A stretch of 63,800 nt of DNA, filler included, from Lama guanicoe (GCA_013239625.1; 213 parts of 213 records of this genome joined end to end with filler, not necessarily neighbours in it); one strand, 5' to 3'; counted from the first letter of the whole stretch, positions 13,340 through 26,300 are shown. Notes: generated from the sequence alone by a model not told the origin. Program-made: numbers and translations.

Positions 13340-15000
13340 GTAAGCACTTATAAATCCAAAGAATAGTTTCCTAGTGATGGAATGAACTTTTAAAATATTG
13401 NNNNNNNNNNNNNNNNNNNNNNNNNNNNNNNNNNNNNNNNNNNNTTAATTAATTAANNNNNNNNNNNNNNNNNNNNNNNNNNNNNNNNNNNNNNNNNNNN
13501 TGTTGGCAGGAGTTCACGTCTGCCTCTGCTAATCACTGAGCTTGCAGCCAGACGAACACTGAGAAAATTGTATTGTTTTCCTTTGAATGATGACTAGGAC
13601 GTATTGCCAAAGCCATAAGTCCTCTTTCTATTGAGTCAGAATTTCACTTCGTACTTCAACCTTTGAGTCTTAGTAATTTCATGCTTCAAAATTAAATCTT
13701 NNNNNNNNNNNNNNNNNNNNNNNNNNNNNNNNNNNNNNNNNNNNTTAATTAATTAANNNNNNNNNNNNNNNNNNNNNNNNNNNNNNNNNNNNNNNNNNNN
13801 TTTTTATTTTTTCTGTTTTCATCTCTTTAACTTTTAAAACATATCCCTGCTTCCTTCGAAATGTTACTATATTTTCACGTAGATCTGCAGAGACATTTCA
13901 GGAGAAAGAACAGTATGGTAAGCAATACGAAATATGTCAGTTTCTTACACTAACAGTTGATTCAGTCGTGTTTTATTCAGGGCCACCCCTAATTATAGGA
14001 NNNNNNNNNNNNNNNNNNNNNNNNNNNNNNNNNNNNNNNNNNNNTTAATTAATTAANNNNNNNNNNNNNNNNNNNNNNNNNNNNNNNNNNNNNNNNNNNN
14101 TGTCAGCGCGCTGGGAGGCAACCAGGTCCGCGAGGGTAAAAGACGCCCCGTGCAAGAACAAACGGAAAGAGCTGGCTGCAGAAACAGACGCCGAAGCCGG
14201 AGGGGCCGGAACGACAACACAGGTGCTGGTGCAGACGGAAACGCAGCCTCGGGGGTGAGGAGCCAGCAGAGACGCTCAGAAGCACTGCCCGTGGTCAGAG
14301 NNNNNNNNNNNNNNNNNNNNNNNNNNNNNNNNNNNNNNNNNNNNTTAATTAATTAANNNNNNNNNNNNNNNNNNNNNNNNNNNNNNNNNNNNNNNNNNNN
14401 ATTCTTCTTCAAAACCATGCTAATATCATTATCACCTTGGTTGATGCCCTAGCATATTTGCAGTGAGTGGGACTTTTTTCTTTTCGATAGGAATTATTTT
14501 AACCTAGTAGTCTTACTTTTTCTTTGCTATGTTAGGAAAGTGACAAAAACCACACGCACTTACAAAAATAGCAGCGCAATAGTTCTTGGCATTTCTCTGA
14601 NNNNNNNNNNNNNNNNNNNNNNNNNNNNNNNNNNNNNNNNNNNNTTAATTAATTAANNNNNNNNNNNNNNNNNNNNNNNNNNNNNNNNNNNNNNNNNNNN
14701 AGAAGTAGATGTCCTGATTTATGTTATTAGTAATTCGTGTGAAAATGGTTGAACGATTTATTAGCAGTATAACTTTCCAAAAATTTTTAAAATTTTAACT
14801 GCATTTAAGAAGTACAGAAGTCACTTTCAAGGTAAATTTGTTTAAATAGTGCCTGTAAAGTGGAGTGATATTTTCAGAGGAATCAATGTCATCTTGGGTT
14901 NNNNNNNNNNNNNNNNNNNNNNNNNNNNNNNNNNNNNNNNNNNNTTAATTAATTAANNNNNNNNNNNNNNNNNNNNNNNNNNNNNNNNNNNNNNNNNNNN

Positions 15001-15200
15001 CTTGCAGTCAGCCTGACCCCTGGAGGCGGGTGTGGTGCGTTTGGGGTGGCGGCAGCGGGAGGAGGCTGCCCAGGTAAGCGGATTGTTTGCTTCTCTTCCC
15101 CTCAGCTTGGCCTTGAGGCCGCCTTGGCCGCAGGAGATTCCCCGGAATACGGACTCCAGGTAAGCTTGCTCCTGGGTGGCGGGGCGGTTCGGTCAGGGGC
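15001..15200 (+). promoter_or_regulatory. CpG-rich first-exon-like segment with two CAG|GTAAGC donors (15074, 15160) and GC boxes
   Basis: High GC and CpG content, two consensus 5' splice sites, ggggcgg at 15181. Confidence 0.4.
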
Positions 15201-15354
15201 NNNNNNNNNNNNNNNNNNNNNNNNNNNNNNNNNNNNNNNNNNNNTTAATTAATTAANNNNNNNNNNNNNNNNNNNNNNNNNNNNNNNNNNNNNNNNNNNN
15301 TTTATTCCATTTGAAAGAAAGAATTCTACTACTGGTTTCATCAATTCTCCTAAG

Positions 15355-15500
15355 AGGACACGTGGTGCAGCCAAAAAGAACATGGTCTTTGTGATCGTGG
15401 GTTCAAATCCTAGCTCTGCTGTGACTAGTAACATGATCTTGAGCAAGTTACTTAAACTCTCTTAACCTTAGTTTTATCATGTGTACCTTGGGGATAAAAG
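15355..15500 (+). mobile_element. MIR SINE
   Basis: gggttcaaatcctagctctgc...cttgagcaagttacttaaactctct matches the MIR core. Confidence 0.8.
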
Positions 15501-16800
15501 NNNNNNNNNNNNNNNNNNNNNNNNNNNNNNNNNNNNNNNNNNNNTTAATTAATTAANNNNNNNNNNNNNNNNNNNNNNNNNNNNNNNNNNNNNNNNNNNN
15601 GCTACCTCCCATACCAACTCCCGTTCCATCATTCTACCCATTAGAGGGTTCTTCTGTTTAGAACTTCCTGTGACTACATCTTCTGCTATAATTAATCAGG
15701 AGGTCTCTCCAGCATCATCCAATAAAGTACTTCTTACAACCTTCATTGGACCTTTGATTCCTTTATCATCAAATTCACATAATCTACAAGCGTACTGCCG
15801 NNNNNNNNNNNNNNNNNNNNNNNNNNNNNNNNNNNNNNNNNNNNTTAATTAATTAANNNNNNNNNNNNNNNNNNNNNNNNNNNNNNNNNNNNNNNNNNNN
15901 CACTGACGCACGGACGCACGGATGCACTGAAGTAGGTTCCCAGCTTTTTATCAGTTGTATCTGCAAGTATGAAAACCTGGCAAGAATTCGGCTGCTTAGT
16001 GACATTTGGATGGCCGCGTGAATTGATATATTCATACAATGGAATACCACACAGACACTAAAAATTATGTTTTGGTGGATTTAAATGACAATTTAGTCAA
16101 NNNNNNNNNNNNNNNNNNNNNNNNNNNNNNNNNNNNNNNNNNNNTTAATTAATTAANNNNNNNNNNNNNNNNNNNNNNNNNNNNNNNNNNNNNNNNNNNN
16201 CTCTACCGAAGGAAATGTTTCCAGCACAGAAAGTAAAGTACCCCAGGAATGAAAAAACTATGACTATAATAAAGGTAAAGATTTTCAAAATAAAAAAGAA
16301 AATTCCCTGAGGAGTACTGTGAACGTACACGGAGGTGGACTCCACACATACGCTGTATGTGTGCGCCAAGGTTTGTCGAAGGCTTTCTGTCTTTTAGTTT
16401 NNNNNNNNNNNNNNNNNNNNNNNNNNNNNNNNNNNNNNNNNNNNTTAATTAATTAANNNNNNNNNNNNNNNNNNNNNNNNNNNNNNNNNNNNNNNNNNNN
16501 AGAGTTAACATTCCCCCAGCTCCACTCCGGCTGAGTGTTTTGCATGTGCTCTTCAGCCAATCCACAGTAAAATTGTGTGTCATCCTTTTTGTCTTAGGAA
16601 CATAGTATCTGTATTTACACTGTGATGATTTATGACCTTGGGATTTAGGTTTTTAACATCCTTTTCTTTGGGAGTTTTGTAGGCCTTGACTAAATAGGAA
16701 NNNNNNNNNNNNNNNNNNNNNNNNNNNNNNNNNNNNNNNNNNNNTTAATTAATTAANNNNNNNNNNNNNNNNNNNNNNNNNNNNNNNNNNNNNNNNNNNN

Positions 16801-17000
16801 GTCATCTCCCCAAGTCACCATCATCTTCCTGAGCTGGCATCATCTTTCCAAGCCCACATTTCACCAAGCCCACATCATCTCCAAAAGCCCACGTCTCCCC
16901 AAGCTCACATCATGTCCCCAAGCCCACATCATGTCTGCGAGGCCACGTCACCTCCCTGAGACCGCGTCATCTCCCCTGGCCCAAGACATCTCTCCAAACC
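16801..17000 (+). repeat. Minisatellite, about 16-20-bp unit, consensus near AAGCCCACATCATCTCCCC
   Basis: About 10 degenerate tandem copies spanning the whole fragment. Confidence 0.85.
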
Positions 17001-17400
17001 NNNNNNNNNNNNNNNNNNNNNNNNNNNNNNNNNNNNNNNNNNNNTTAATTAATTAANNNNNNNNNNNNNNNNNNNNNNNNNNNNNNNNNNNNNNNNNNNN
17101 TTAAAATCAAATTTGCTTCAAATAAAAGAATCTTTCAGAAAAATAAAAATCTTTTTGAAACTTTGTTCTTTTTTCTGCTGTCTATCAATTTTCTGGTGAT
17201 TTTAAATAAACGTGGCCTAAAATTTTAAGGCAGTTAACGAATTAATTATGCCTTGCATCTGGAAATGGTAATGTTTAGTTTGATAACCAGATGCCCTATG
17301 NNNNNNNNNNNNNNNNNNNNNNNNNNNNNNNNNNNNNNNNNNNNTTAATTAATTAANNNNNNNNNNNNNNNNNNNNNNNNNNNNNNNNNNNNNNNNNNNN

Positions 17401-17600
17401 TACTTAGCCATAAAAAGAGTAAAATAATGTCTTTTGCAGCAATGTGATTGGACCTAGATATTATTATAGTAAGTGAAGTCAAACAGAGAAAGATAAATTT
17501 CATGTTGTCCCTATGTGTGGAATCTAAACAAATGATACAAATGAACTCATTTACTGAACAGAAATAGACTCACAGATATTGAAAACAAACTTATGGTTAC
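17401..17600 (+). mobile_element. L1 ORF2 end / 3'UTR
   Basis: agccataaaaagag...ttttgcagcaa...ggacctaga...gtggaatctaa...aacagaaatagactcacagatattgaaaacaaacttatggttac. Confidence 0.88.
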
Positions 17601-19200
17601 NNNNNNNNNNNNNNNNNNNNNNNNNNNNNNNNNNNNNNNNNNNNTTAATTAATTAANNNNNNNNNNNNNNNNNNNNNNNNNNNNNNNNNNNNNNNNNNNN
17701 AAAGGGAATCACTATTTTTCCTTTATAATAAAAGAAGTATCTTTCAGATTCTTTATTACATTTGCAAGATGGAAACTCCTATCTCCCTACCTGACCACTT
17801 CCCCTAAATCAATATCCCCAACCTGTGACTGGCATCCTACAGTCATTTCTGGTCAGTTCGGTGTTTTACTTAGTAATCAGGTGCTTTTTTGTAGCTTACT
17901 NNNNNNNNNNNNNNNNNNNNNNNNNNNNNNNNNNNNNNNNNNNNTTAATTAATTAANNNNNNNNNNNNNNNNNNNNNNNNNNNNNNNNNNNNNNNNNNNN
18001 ACAACCTTTTCAAGCCAGGTTTCTCTCAAGTAATGCCAAACTGGATTGACTCGGGATTTTTAAATGTTTGTTATACAGCGTGCCAAAACACACTTCCAAG
18101 GCAAGATGCATTCTTCCTCGAATAGCAGCCGAACATGGTAGGCAAGTCACGACTAAAATGAGCCTGTTTCATACCGTGGAGCCTTCTTAACAAACTGCCT
18201 NNNNNNNNNNNNNNNNNNNNNNNNNNNNNNNNNNNNNNNNNNNNTTAATTAATTAANNNNNNNNNNNNNNNNNNNNNNNNNNNNNNNNNNNNNNNNNNNN
18301 CAAGCCTGCTGCGCCCTCACTGGGCGCCCCCGGCCCTTGGCTCGGATGAGAGCCGATTCCCCTTGTCTGTCTGGCTGGACGCGTTGTCATCCCGGGGCGG
18401 TGATACTGGTAGAAACTGCACATGGCCTTCAAGCCCGAAGACACCTGTCTGTGAGCGCAGAGCTGGGGAGGCGGGGAGAAAAGAAAAAGCAAAACCCTTC
18501 NNNNNNNNNNNNNNNNNNNNNNNNNNNNNNNNNNNNNNNNNNNNTTAATTAATTAANNNNNNNNNNNNNNNNNNNNNNNNNNNNNNNNNNNNNNNNNNNN
18601 TCTTCCCTGAACGTGTAGAAGAGCAGAGTGAGTCGTGCTTCTGGGGAGCGGAGAGGAACCGAGTGCAGGTTCCACTGTGGACCTGCTGAGGGTAGGGTTG
18701 GCGGGGTGCTGTTGATGAGATGTGCTCCAAGGAAAGGTGGGGTCAGGGAGCCCAGAATCACTGGAAATGGTTTCCTGGGACATGTGTCTAGAACCGGATG
18801 NNNNNNNNNNNNNNNNNNNNNNNNNNNNNNNNNNNNNNNNNNNNTTAATTAATTAANNNNNNNNNNNNNNNNNNNNNNNNNNNNNNNNNNNNNNNNNNNN
18901 TTTTTTTTTCCTTTCCAATTAGATTATAGTGTGTCTTTGTATAGTTTCCTTCAAGTTTGGGGGATTTGTTGAAATTTTTTGGATTGGGGACTTTACAATA
19001 TTATATTAGTTTCAGGTATGCAACTGAGCAATTTGATATTTTTATAGGTTATACTCCATATAAAGTTATTACAAAATATTGGCTATATTCCCTATGCTGT
19101 NNNNNNNNNNNNNNNNNNNNNNNNNNNNNNNNNNNNNNNNNNNNTTAATTAATTAANNNNNNNNNNNNNNNNNNNNNNNNNNNNNNNNNNNNNNNNNNNN

Positions 19201-19370
19201 GGGGGCAGGTCTGCAAAAGGTCATGAGGAAATTTTGGGGAGTGATATGTGTGTTTACTCCTGATTGTGGTGATGGTTTCACAGGTGTATACATAAGTCAA
19301 AAATTTGTACGCTTTAAATATGTGCAGGTTTTTTTCTATCAGTTTTCCCCCAAAAAAGCTGTTTAAGAAA
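19201..19370 (+). mobile_element. Old L1M 3'UTR
   Basis: tgattgtggtgatggtttcacaggtgtatacataagtcaaaa...tttaaatatgtgcag. Confidence 0.7.
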
Positions 19371-19800
19371 TAAACTAGTAACTGCTAACACCTATATACG
19401 NNNNNNNNNNNNNNNNNNNNNNNNNNNNNNNNNNNNNNNNNNNNTTAATTAATTAANNNNNNNNNNNNNNNNNNNNNNNNNNNNNNNNNNNNNNNNNNNN
19501 TTCTAAACATTGCTGTTTCCTCACTTGTCAGTAAGACCCATAGCCATTTCCTAAATTGAATTTAAGGATTAGCTCTAATACTTACTGTCAAACATTGTCT
19601 TGATAATTTCAATATTTCTATCAATGATCCTCTGTAATCATTGACTTTTCTTGATCCCATTGACTACCCGTATGTCTTAATACCTTATCAGCAGGATTAC
19701 NNNNNNNNNNNNNNNNNNNNNNNNNNNNNNNNNNNNNNNNNNNNTTAATTAATTAANNNNNNNNNNNNNNNNNNNNNNNNNNNNNNNNNNNNNNNNNNNN

Positions 19801-20000
19801 CATTGATCCATATGTTTGTTTTTGTGCCAATACCACACTGTTTTGATTAGTGTAGCTCTGTAGTATTGTCTGAAGTCTAGGAGGGTTTGCCTCCAGCTTC
19901 ATTCTTTTCCTTCAGTATTGCTTTCACCATTCTGGGTCAGTTGTGATTCCATATAAGTTTTAGGATTATTTGTTCTAATTCTGTGAAAAATGTCCTGGGT
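19801..20000 (-). mobile_element. L1 ORF2 fragment
   Basis: tttgtgccaataccacactgttttgatta...tagctctgtagtattgtctgaagtc...tttgttctaattctgtgaaaaatgtc is typical antisense L1. Confidence 0.9.
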
Positions 20001-20100
20001 NNNNNNNNNNNNNNNNNNNNNNNNNNNNNNNNNNNNNNNNNNNNTTAATTAATTAANNNNNNNNNNNNNNNNNNNNNNNNNNNNNNNNNNNNNNNNNNNN

Positions 20101-20300
20101 CATTCTATATTCTAAATTCTATATTCTGTATTCTGTATTTTATATTCTATATTGTGTGTTCTACATTTTATATTCTAAGTTTCATATTCAGTATTCCGTA
20201 TTCTATATTCTATCCTCTGTGTTCTTCATTATATATTCTAAATTCTATATGCAGAATTCTGTATTCTATATTCTAAATTCTGTTATCTGCATTCCATGTT
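20101..20300 (+). repeat. Degenerate heptamer satellite (ATTCTAT/ATTCTGT)n
   Basis: 7-bp periodicity throughout; same family as 38101-38300. Confidence 0.88.
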
Positions 20301-20700
20301 NNNNNNNNNNNNNNNNNNNNNNNNNNNNNNNNNNNNNNNNNNNNTTAATTAATTAANNNNNNNNNNNNNNNNNNNNNNNNNNNNNNNNNNNNNNNNNNNN
20401 ATTTAAACAAACTGTGACAAACTTGCCTTCAAGCCAAACATCATTTTGTTTACAGCTCTGATCGAATGCATACACTGACATAGGATACCGTTTGCCAAAA
20501 AAGACGTGGTTCAGCTCCTGAGTTAAGACTTAGAAGTTTCTTGACAAATTGGCTCTGTTACTAAACCTCAGTTCATTTACTTGCAAAATTAGAGTAATGA
20601 NNNNNNNNNNNNNNNNNNNNNNNNNNNNNNNNNNNNNNNNNNNNTTAATTAATTAANNNNNNNNNNNNNNNNNNNNNNNNNNNNNNNNNNNNNNNNNNNN

Positions 20701-20900
20701 TAAAAAAAATCCAAATTTGAAAGAAAGAAGTAAAATTGTCTCTGCTTGAACATGACATGAACTTATAGGTGGAAAACCCTAAAGAATCCACCAAAAAAAG
20801 CTGTTAGAACTAATGATTCCTTCCAGTAAATGTGCAGGACAAAAAATCAAAATACAAAAACCAGTTGTGTTTCTATACATAATAACCAATTAATTGCAGA
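20701..20900 (+). mobile_element. L1 ORF2 reverse-transcriptase remnant (degenerate EVKLSLFADDM...ENPKESTKKLLEL region)
   Basis: gaagtaaaattgtctctg...gacatga...gaaaaccctaaagaatccacc...ctgttagaactaa; catalytic motif is mutated. Confidence 0.85.
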
Positions 20901-22500
20901 NNNNNNNNNNNNNNNNNNNNNNNNNNNNNNNNNNNNNNNNNNNNTTAATTAATTAANNNNNNNNNNNNNNNNNNNNNNNNNNNNNNNNNNNNNNNNNNNN
21001 ATTGTTGTCTTTCAAGGAATTGGTCCATTACACCTATTTGTGTGCATAGAATTGTTCATAGTGTTTCTTTATTACCTTTTTAGTGTCATGTACTTGTTCT
21101 TCATTTCTTTTTTCTTCTTCTTTTTCTACCTTCTTTGATTTTGATTGAGCGTTTTATATTATTCAACTTTTTTCTCTCTTGGGATATTGGTTTTACTTTT
21201 NNNNNNNNNNNNNNNNNNNNNNNNNNNNNNNNNNNNNNNNNNNNTTAATTAATTAANNNNNNNNNNNNNNNNNNNNNNNNNNNNNNNNNNNNNNNNNNNN
21301 GAAAAATTCAGTTCTCTAAAATCATTGGCTATCACAAATTTGCTGTTTGGAGATACATCAGTAAGAAGGAAATATCCCATTCTTGCCTCAAGAAGCTGTT
21401 ACTTTGACTCAGAGAAGCATCCTGGATTTGTTACCCCAGGGCAGATTACAGTTTCTGTGTACAATGTTCCACGTCTCTTGTAACTTTGTAGTTTCCAAGA
21501 NNNNNNNNNNNNNNNNNNNNNNNNNNNNNNNNNNNNNNNNNNNNTTAATTAATTAANNNNNNNNNNNNNNNNNNNNNNNNNNNNNNNNNNNNNNNNNNNN
21601 TTCTCTAACCATTTTTATGCTCCAAATCCCACCACACATCCAGCCTCTCGATTCCCTAGCTTGAATCAGCATCCATTCTCTCTGTAAGCCTCAGAGAAGT
21701 TGAGAAGCTGCCCAGAGAGACGAGGCAAGGTCAAAGTGAGGTCCCACCTACGTCTACAGGAACAGATGAGCAGAGCAGGGGAGGGCTGGGGTTGTCACTC
21801 NNNNNNNNNNNNNNNNNNNNNNNNNNNNNNNNNNNNNNNNNNNNTTAATTAATTAANNNNNNNNNNNNNNNNNNNNNNNNNNNNNNNNNNNNNNNNNNNN
21901 GAAACTGAGCAGCTCAAGAGTATACTGAACTTAATTTCTGTCTCAACACATGCCAAGCCTTTCAAAAATCAAAGCAGGAAGTACTTACTGAAAATGTACC
22001 TTACAGTTGGCACCACGCAAAGACTTATCATAGGGAAGAAGCAAAACACAGCAAAAAGCCTTCATAGTAAATTCAAATAGTAAATTGGCCAAGTGGATAA
22101 NNNNNNNNNNNNNNNNNNNNNNNNNNNNNNNNNNNNNNNNNNNNTTAATTAATTAANNNNNNNNNNNNNNNNNNNNNNNNNNNNNNNNNNNNNNNNNNNN
22201 TATTTACCATATTAAATGTAACTATTCAAAATATTATTTATCTCTTTTCTGGGGACCCAGCAGATAGCAGCAGGCACAAGAAAAGACAGGCATTAGACAT
22301 GAAATAAAAATTTATAAAATTACATACAAACAATGAAAGAACAGTATTCTGGGACTACTTTGTGAACATAGTACTGCTCTGCTCAGTCTCAGGAATCCTG
22401 NNNNNNNNNNNNNNNNNNNNNNNNNNNNNNNNNNNNNNNNNNNNTTAATTAATTAANNNNNNNNNNNNNNNNNNNNNNNNNNNNNNNNNNNNNNNNNNNN

Positions 22501-22700
22501 TTGTGATCTTTCCATTTTCACTTCTTATTTTGTTTATTTGTGTGGTCTCTCTTTCCTTCTTGGTGAGCCTGTCCAGAGGTTTGTCAATTTTGTGTACTCT
22601 TTCAAAAAACTGGCTCTTGGTTTGATTGATTTTTTTCTATTTTTTAATCTGTATTTTATTTATTTCCTCCCTGATCTTTATTATTTCTTTCCTTTTGCTG
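22501..22700 (-). mobile_element. L1 ORF2 fragment
   Basis: ttcttggtgagcctgtccagaggtttgtcaattttg...tcaaaaaactggctcttggttt...tttattatttctttcctt. Confidence 0.85.
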
Positions 22701-23700
22701 NNNNNNNNNNNNNNNNNNNNNNNNNNNNNNNNNNNNNNNNNNNNTTAATTAATTAANNNNNNNNNNNNNNNNNNNNNNNNNNNNNNNNNNNNNNNNNNNN
22801 TACCTCGTCAAATAAATGCAGGTAGTGTTGTTTCCATCTAAAAAGAAACGCTATGTTGCCCGCATGCTAGGTGAAGCACGGATATCACATACAATTATCT
22901 CTGAAATCCGAGCATGTGTAGAGAATTTCGTTAATCTAGAACCAAGGGAAATTTTTGCAAGTGGCACACTTACTCTGATATCTAATTTTGATTCCTTGTG
23001 NNNNNNNNNNNNNNNNNNNNNNNNNNNNNNNNNNNNNNNNNNNNTTAATTAATTAANNNNNNNNNNNNNNNNNNNNNNNNNNNNNNNNNNNNNNNNNNNN
23101 GCCCACTGCCTTCGGGCTCCGCTCAAACGCTGTTGCTCAGAGACGACTTTCCTGACCGTCGGATGTGAACTAGCAGTCGATTCCTGTCCCCACGCCCACC
23201 ACTGTCTACCCTCATCAGGGTGCTAAGTTTTCCTTGTGGCCAGTATCACCATCTGACATACGACAGATCTAGGCCTTATCTGTTTACTGTCGCCTCCCCA
23301 NNNNNNNNNNNNNNNNNNNNNNNNNNNNNNNNNNNNNNNNNNNNTTAATTAATTAANNNNNNNNNNNNNNNNNNNNNNNNNNNNNNNNNNNNNNNNNNNN
23401 CACATACTCGTGTGATTGGCCTTCGACAGCCTGAGGCCAGAGACCAGCCGATCCCCTAACATGCTGCTGGTCCCCGGATAGGCCAGGGGATAAGGCGGTT
23501 ACACCCGCTGCCAGCTTAGAGGAGGTGGTGCCTCTCATGTTCATGTCATAGAAGAGCCTTGGGTTTGGTAACCTGTTTAAATTCCCGCACTTTAGACTGC
23601 NNNNNNNNNNNNNNNNNNNNNNNNNNNNNNNNNNNNNNNNNNNNTTAATTAATTAANNNNNNNNNNNNNNNNNNNNNNNNNNNNNNNNNNNNNNNNNNNN

Positions 23701-23900
23701 CATATGTGACAACAAGGGTGAATGCTGAAGACAGTATGCAAAGTGAAATAAACCAGGCATGAGGACATTACTGTGTGATTCCACTTGTAGGAGGCATCTG
23801 AAAGGTCAGACTCAGAGAACTAAAGACCAGAATGGTGGTTATTAGATGCTGGGGGAGGGGCAAGAGGGGAGTTACTAACCAACGTGCATGACGACGTTTC
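23701..23900 (+). mobile_element. L1M 3'UTR fragment
   Basis: gaagacagtatgcaaagtgaaataaaccaggca...tactgtgtgattccactt...agaatggtggtt. Confidence 0.75.
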
Positions 23901-24949
23901 NNNNNNNNNNNNNNNNNNNNNNNNNNNNNNNNNNNNNNNNNNNNTTAATTAATTAANNNNNNNNNNNNNNNNNNNNNNNNNNNNNNNNNNNNNNNNNNNN
24001 ACAGGATATGTGTAAACATATATTTTCAGTTCTCTTTGGTATATATATATAGATATATCTATGTATATATCTCTCTCTATATATATCTTAAAGCTGGGTC
24101 ACATGACATGTCTTTGTTTGACTTATACAGGAGCTGCTCAACATTATTCCGTAGTGGATACAACATTTTGCAATCACAACAGAAATGTATGAGGGTTCTC
24201 NNNNNNNNNNNNNNNNNNNNNNNNNNNNNNNNNNNNNNNNNNNNTTAATTAATTAANNNNNNNNNNNNNNNNNNNNNNNNNNNNNNNNNNNNNNNNNNNN
24301 ATATCCTTGAACAAGGAAATTGAGAAAGTGTTAAAGTGCAAAACTTTGTAAAGCTCAACATTTTTAAGGTATAGTTCCCATCTTACTTACCACCTATTCT
24401 TTTCTTCTAACCCATTTCCCACTCCCTGTTCAACTTTAAATCTAGTAACTTATTTTGGAATCCAAGTGTCAGTAGGCAGTTCTCTCTGTGCTATCAAACT
24501 NNNNNNNNNNNNNNNNNNNNNNNNNNNNNNNNNNNNNNNNNNNNTTAATTAATTAANNNNNNNNNNNNNNNNNNNNNNNNNNNNNNNNNNNNNNNNNNNN
24601 GCCACATGACACTTCCACTTATGTCTCATTGGCCAGAACGTAGTCACCCACAAGCTTCAGTGAAGGCTGGAGGTGTCATCTTTTCATCTGGAGGCTGGTG
24701 AGCTCAGCTAAGATCAGGGCTCTTTTACTAAAGAAGATGAATATTAGGAGGTAGATAGCAGTTGGAATTTTTAAAAACTGTTGATTTTTCTCTTTTGTCC
24801 NNNNNNNNNNNNNNNNNNNNNNNNNNNNNNNNNNNNNNNNNNNNTTAATTAATTAANNNNNNNNNNNNNNNNNNNNNNNNNNNNNNNNNNNNNNNNNNNN
24901 AAGTGGGATCTTTTGGGAGCAGCAGACCGTGCTTGGGTGCTTCTGTGGC

Positions 24950-25100
24950 AACAGTTCTCAACCAGGAGTAATTGTGTTCCCCAGAGAAACACTTGACAAT
25001 GTCTGGAGATGCTTTTTGTTTGTCCCTAGAGGGGATGGTGCTACTGGGGAAAGGCCAGGGATGCTTCTGAAGATCCTGCAACGCACACGGCAAACCTTTC
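24950..25100 (+). mobile_element. MER20 DNA transposon fossil
   Basis: gttctcaaccagg...gacaatgtctggaga...tgctactgg...aggccagggatgct. Confidence 0.7.
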
Positions 25101-25800
25101 NNNNNNNNNNNNNNNNNNNNNNNNNNNNNNNNNNNNNNNNNNNNTTAATTAATTAANNNNNNNNNNNNNNNNNNNNNNNNNNNNNNNNNNNNNNNNNNNN
25201 GCCAAGCCTGATGTCACTGACTGGCAAGCATGACCATTGCTGCTGCTGCAAAAAAAAAAAAGACAATGAAAACGTGACTGCCGGTATTAGCTGGGGTTTT
25301 CGCAGCACAAGTCAAAGTGAATCCACCTTGAATGGCCTGGGTTAGGGAAATGGGCTATTCTTTTATGTATCTACCCTGCTTCTACAGCTTTTGTTGTTGG
25401 NNNNNNNNNNNNNNNNNNNNNNNNNNNNNNNNNNNNNNNNNNNNTTAATTAATTAANNNNNNNNNNNNNNNNNNNNNNNNNNNNNNNNNNNNNNNNNNNN
25501 CACTTTCAGTGTGTAATGAAACATACTGTACAATAAATATCCCAAAGATTATTTAGTTAAAATACCATTGTTTGGCCTGCTGTTTACTACTGATTAGGAC
25601 CCAAATTCCATAACGTTACAGGTAAACTTGTATATTTTATTTGGTAGAGATAATTTCTGTCCAGCAGACTCCAAAGGTTATGGTTTTACTACCTGCAGGA
25701 NNNNNNNNNNNNNNNNNNNNNNNNNNNNNNNNNNNNNNNNNNNNTTAATTAATTAANNNNNNNNNNNNNNNNNNNNNNNNNNNNNNNNNNNNNNNNNNNN

Positions 25801-25877
25801 GAGGTACTGGGGATTGAACCCAGGACCTCATGCCTGCTAAGCACGCACTTTACCACTGAGCTATACCCTCTGCCCCC
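25801..25877 (-). mobile_element. tRNA-Ala-derived SINE head (Vic-1-like, camelid type)
   Basis: Reverse complement GAGGGTATAGCTCAGTGGTAAAGTGCGTGCTTAGCAGGCATGAGGTCCTGGGTTCAATCCCCAGTACCTC has A and B boxes; homologous to 60363-60500. Confidence 0.85.
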
Positions 25878-26100
25878 GCATCTATTGTTATTGGGGATAA
25901 ATGAATTAAAAATGTAGGTAAAATATTTAGCAGCATATAATATATACCCAAGAAAATCAGAGTAACTTTGAACTTCCTCTAATCTCATTTTTATAGGGGA
26001 NNNNNNNNNNNNNNNNNNNNNNNNNNNNNNNNNNNNNNNNNNNNTTAATTAATTAANNNNNNNNNNNNNNNNNNNNNNNNNNNNNNNNNNNNNNNNNNNN

Positions 26101-26300
26101 CTGTGGCTAGGAATTCCAAGACTATGTTGAATAGGAATGGTGAGAGTGGACAACTTTGATGGTCACAGATTTTAGTGGGAAAGTTTTTAGTTTTTTACCA
26201 TTGTGTACTAAGCTGACTGTGGGTTTGTCATAAATAGTTTTTATTATATTCATATCTGTTCCCTGTATACCCACTTTGGTAAGAGTTTTTATCATAAATG
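26101..26300 (-). mobile_element. L1 ORF2 RT-region fragment
   Basis: gtggctaggaattccaagactatgttgaatagga.tggtgagagtggaca...ctgtgggtttgtcataaatag. Confidence 0.88.

Noticed and set aside
25801..25877. tRNA-Ala gene
   Set aside because: The acceptor stem is imperfect and a diverged homologue with a SINE tail occurs at 60363, so this is a SINE head.
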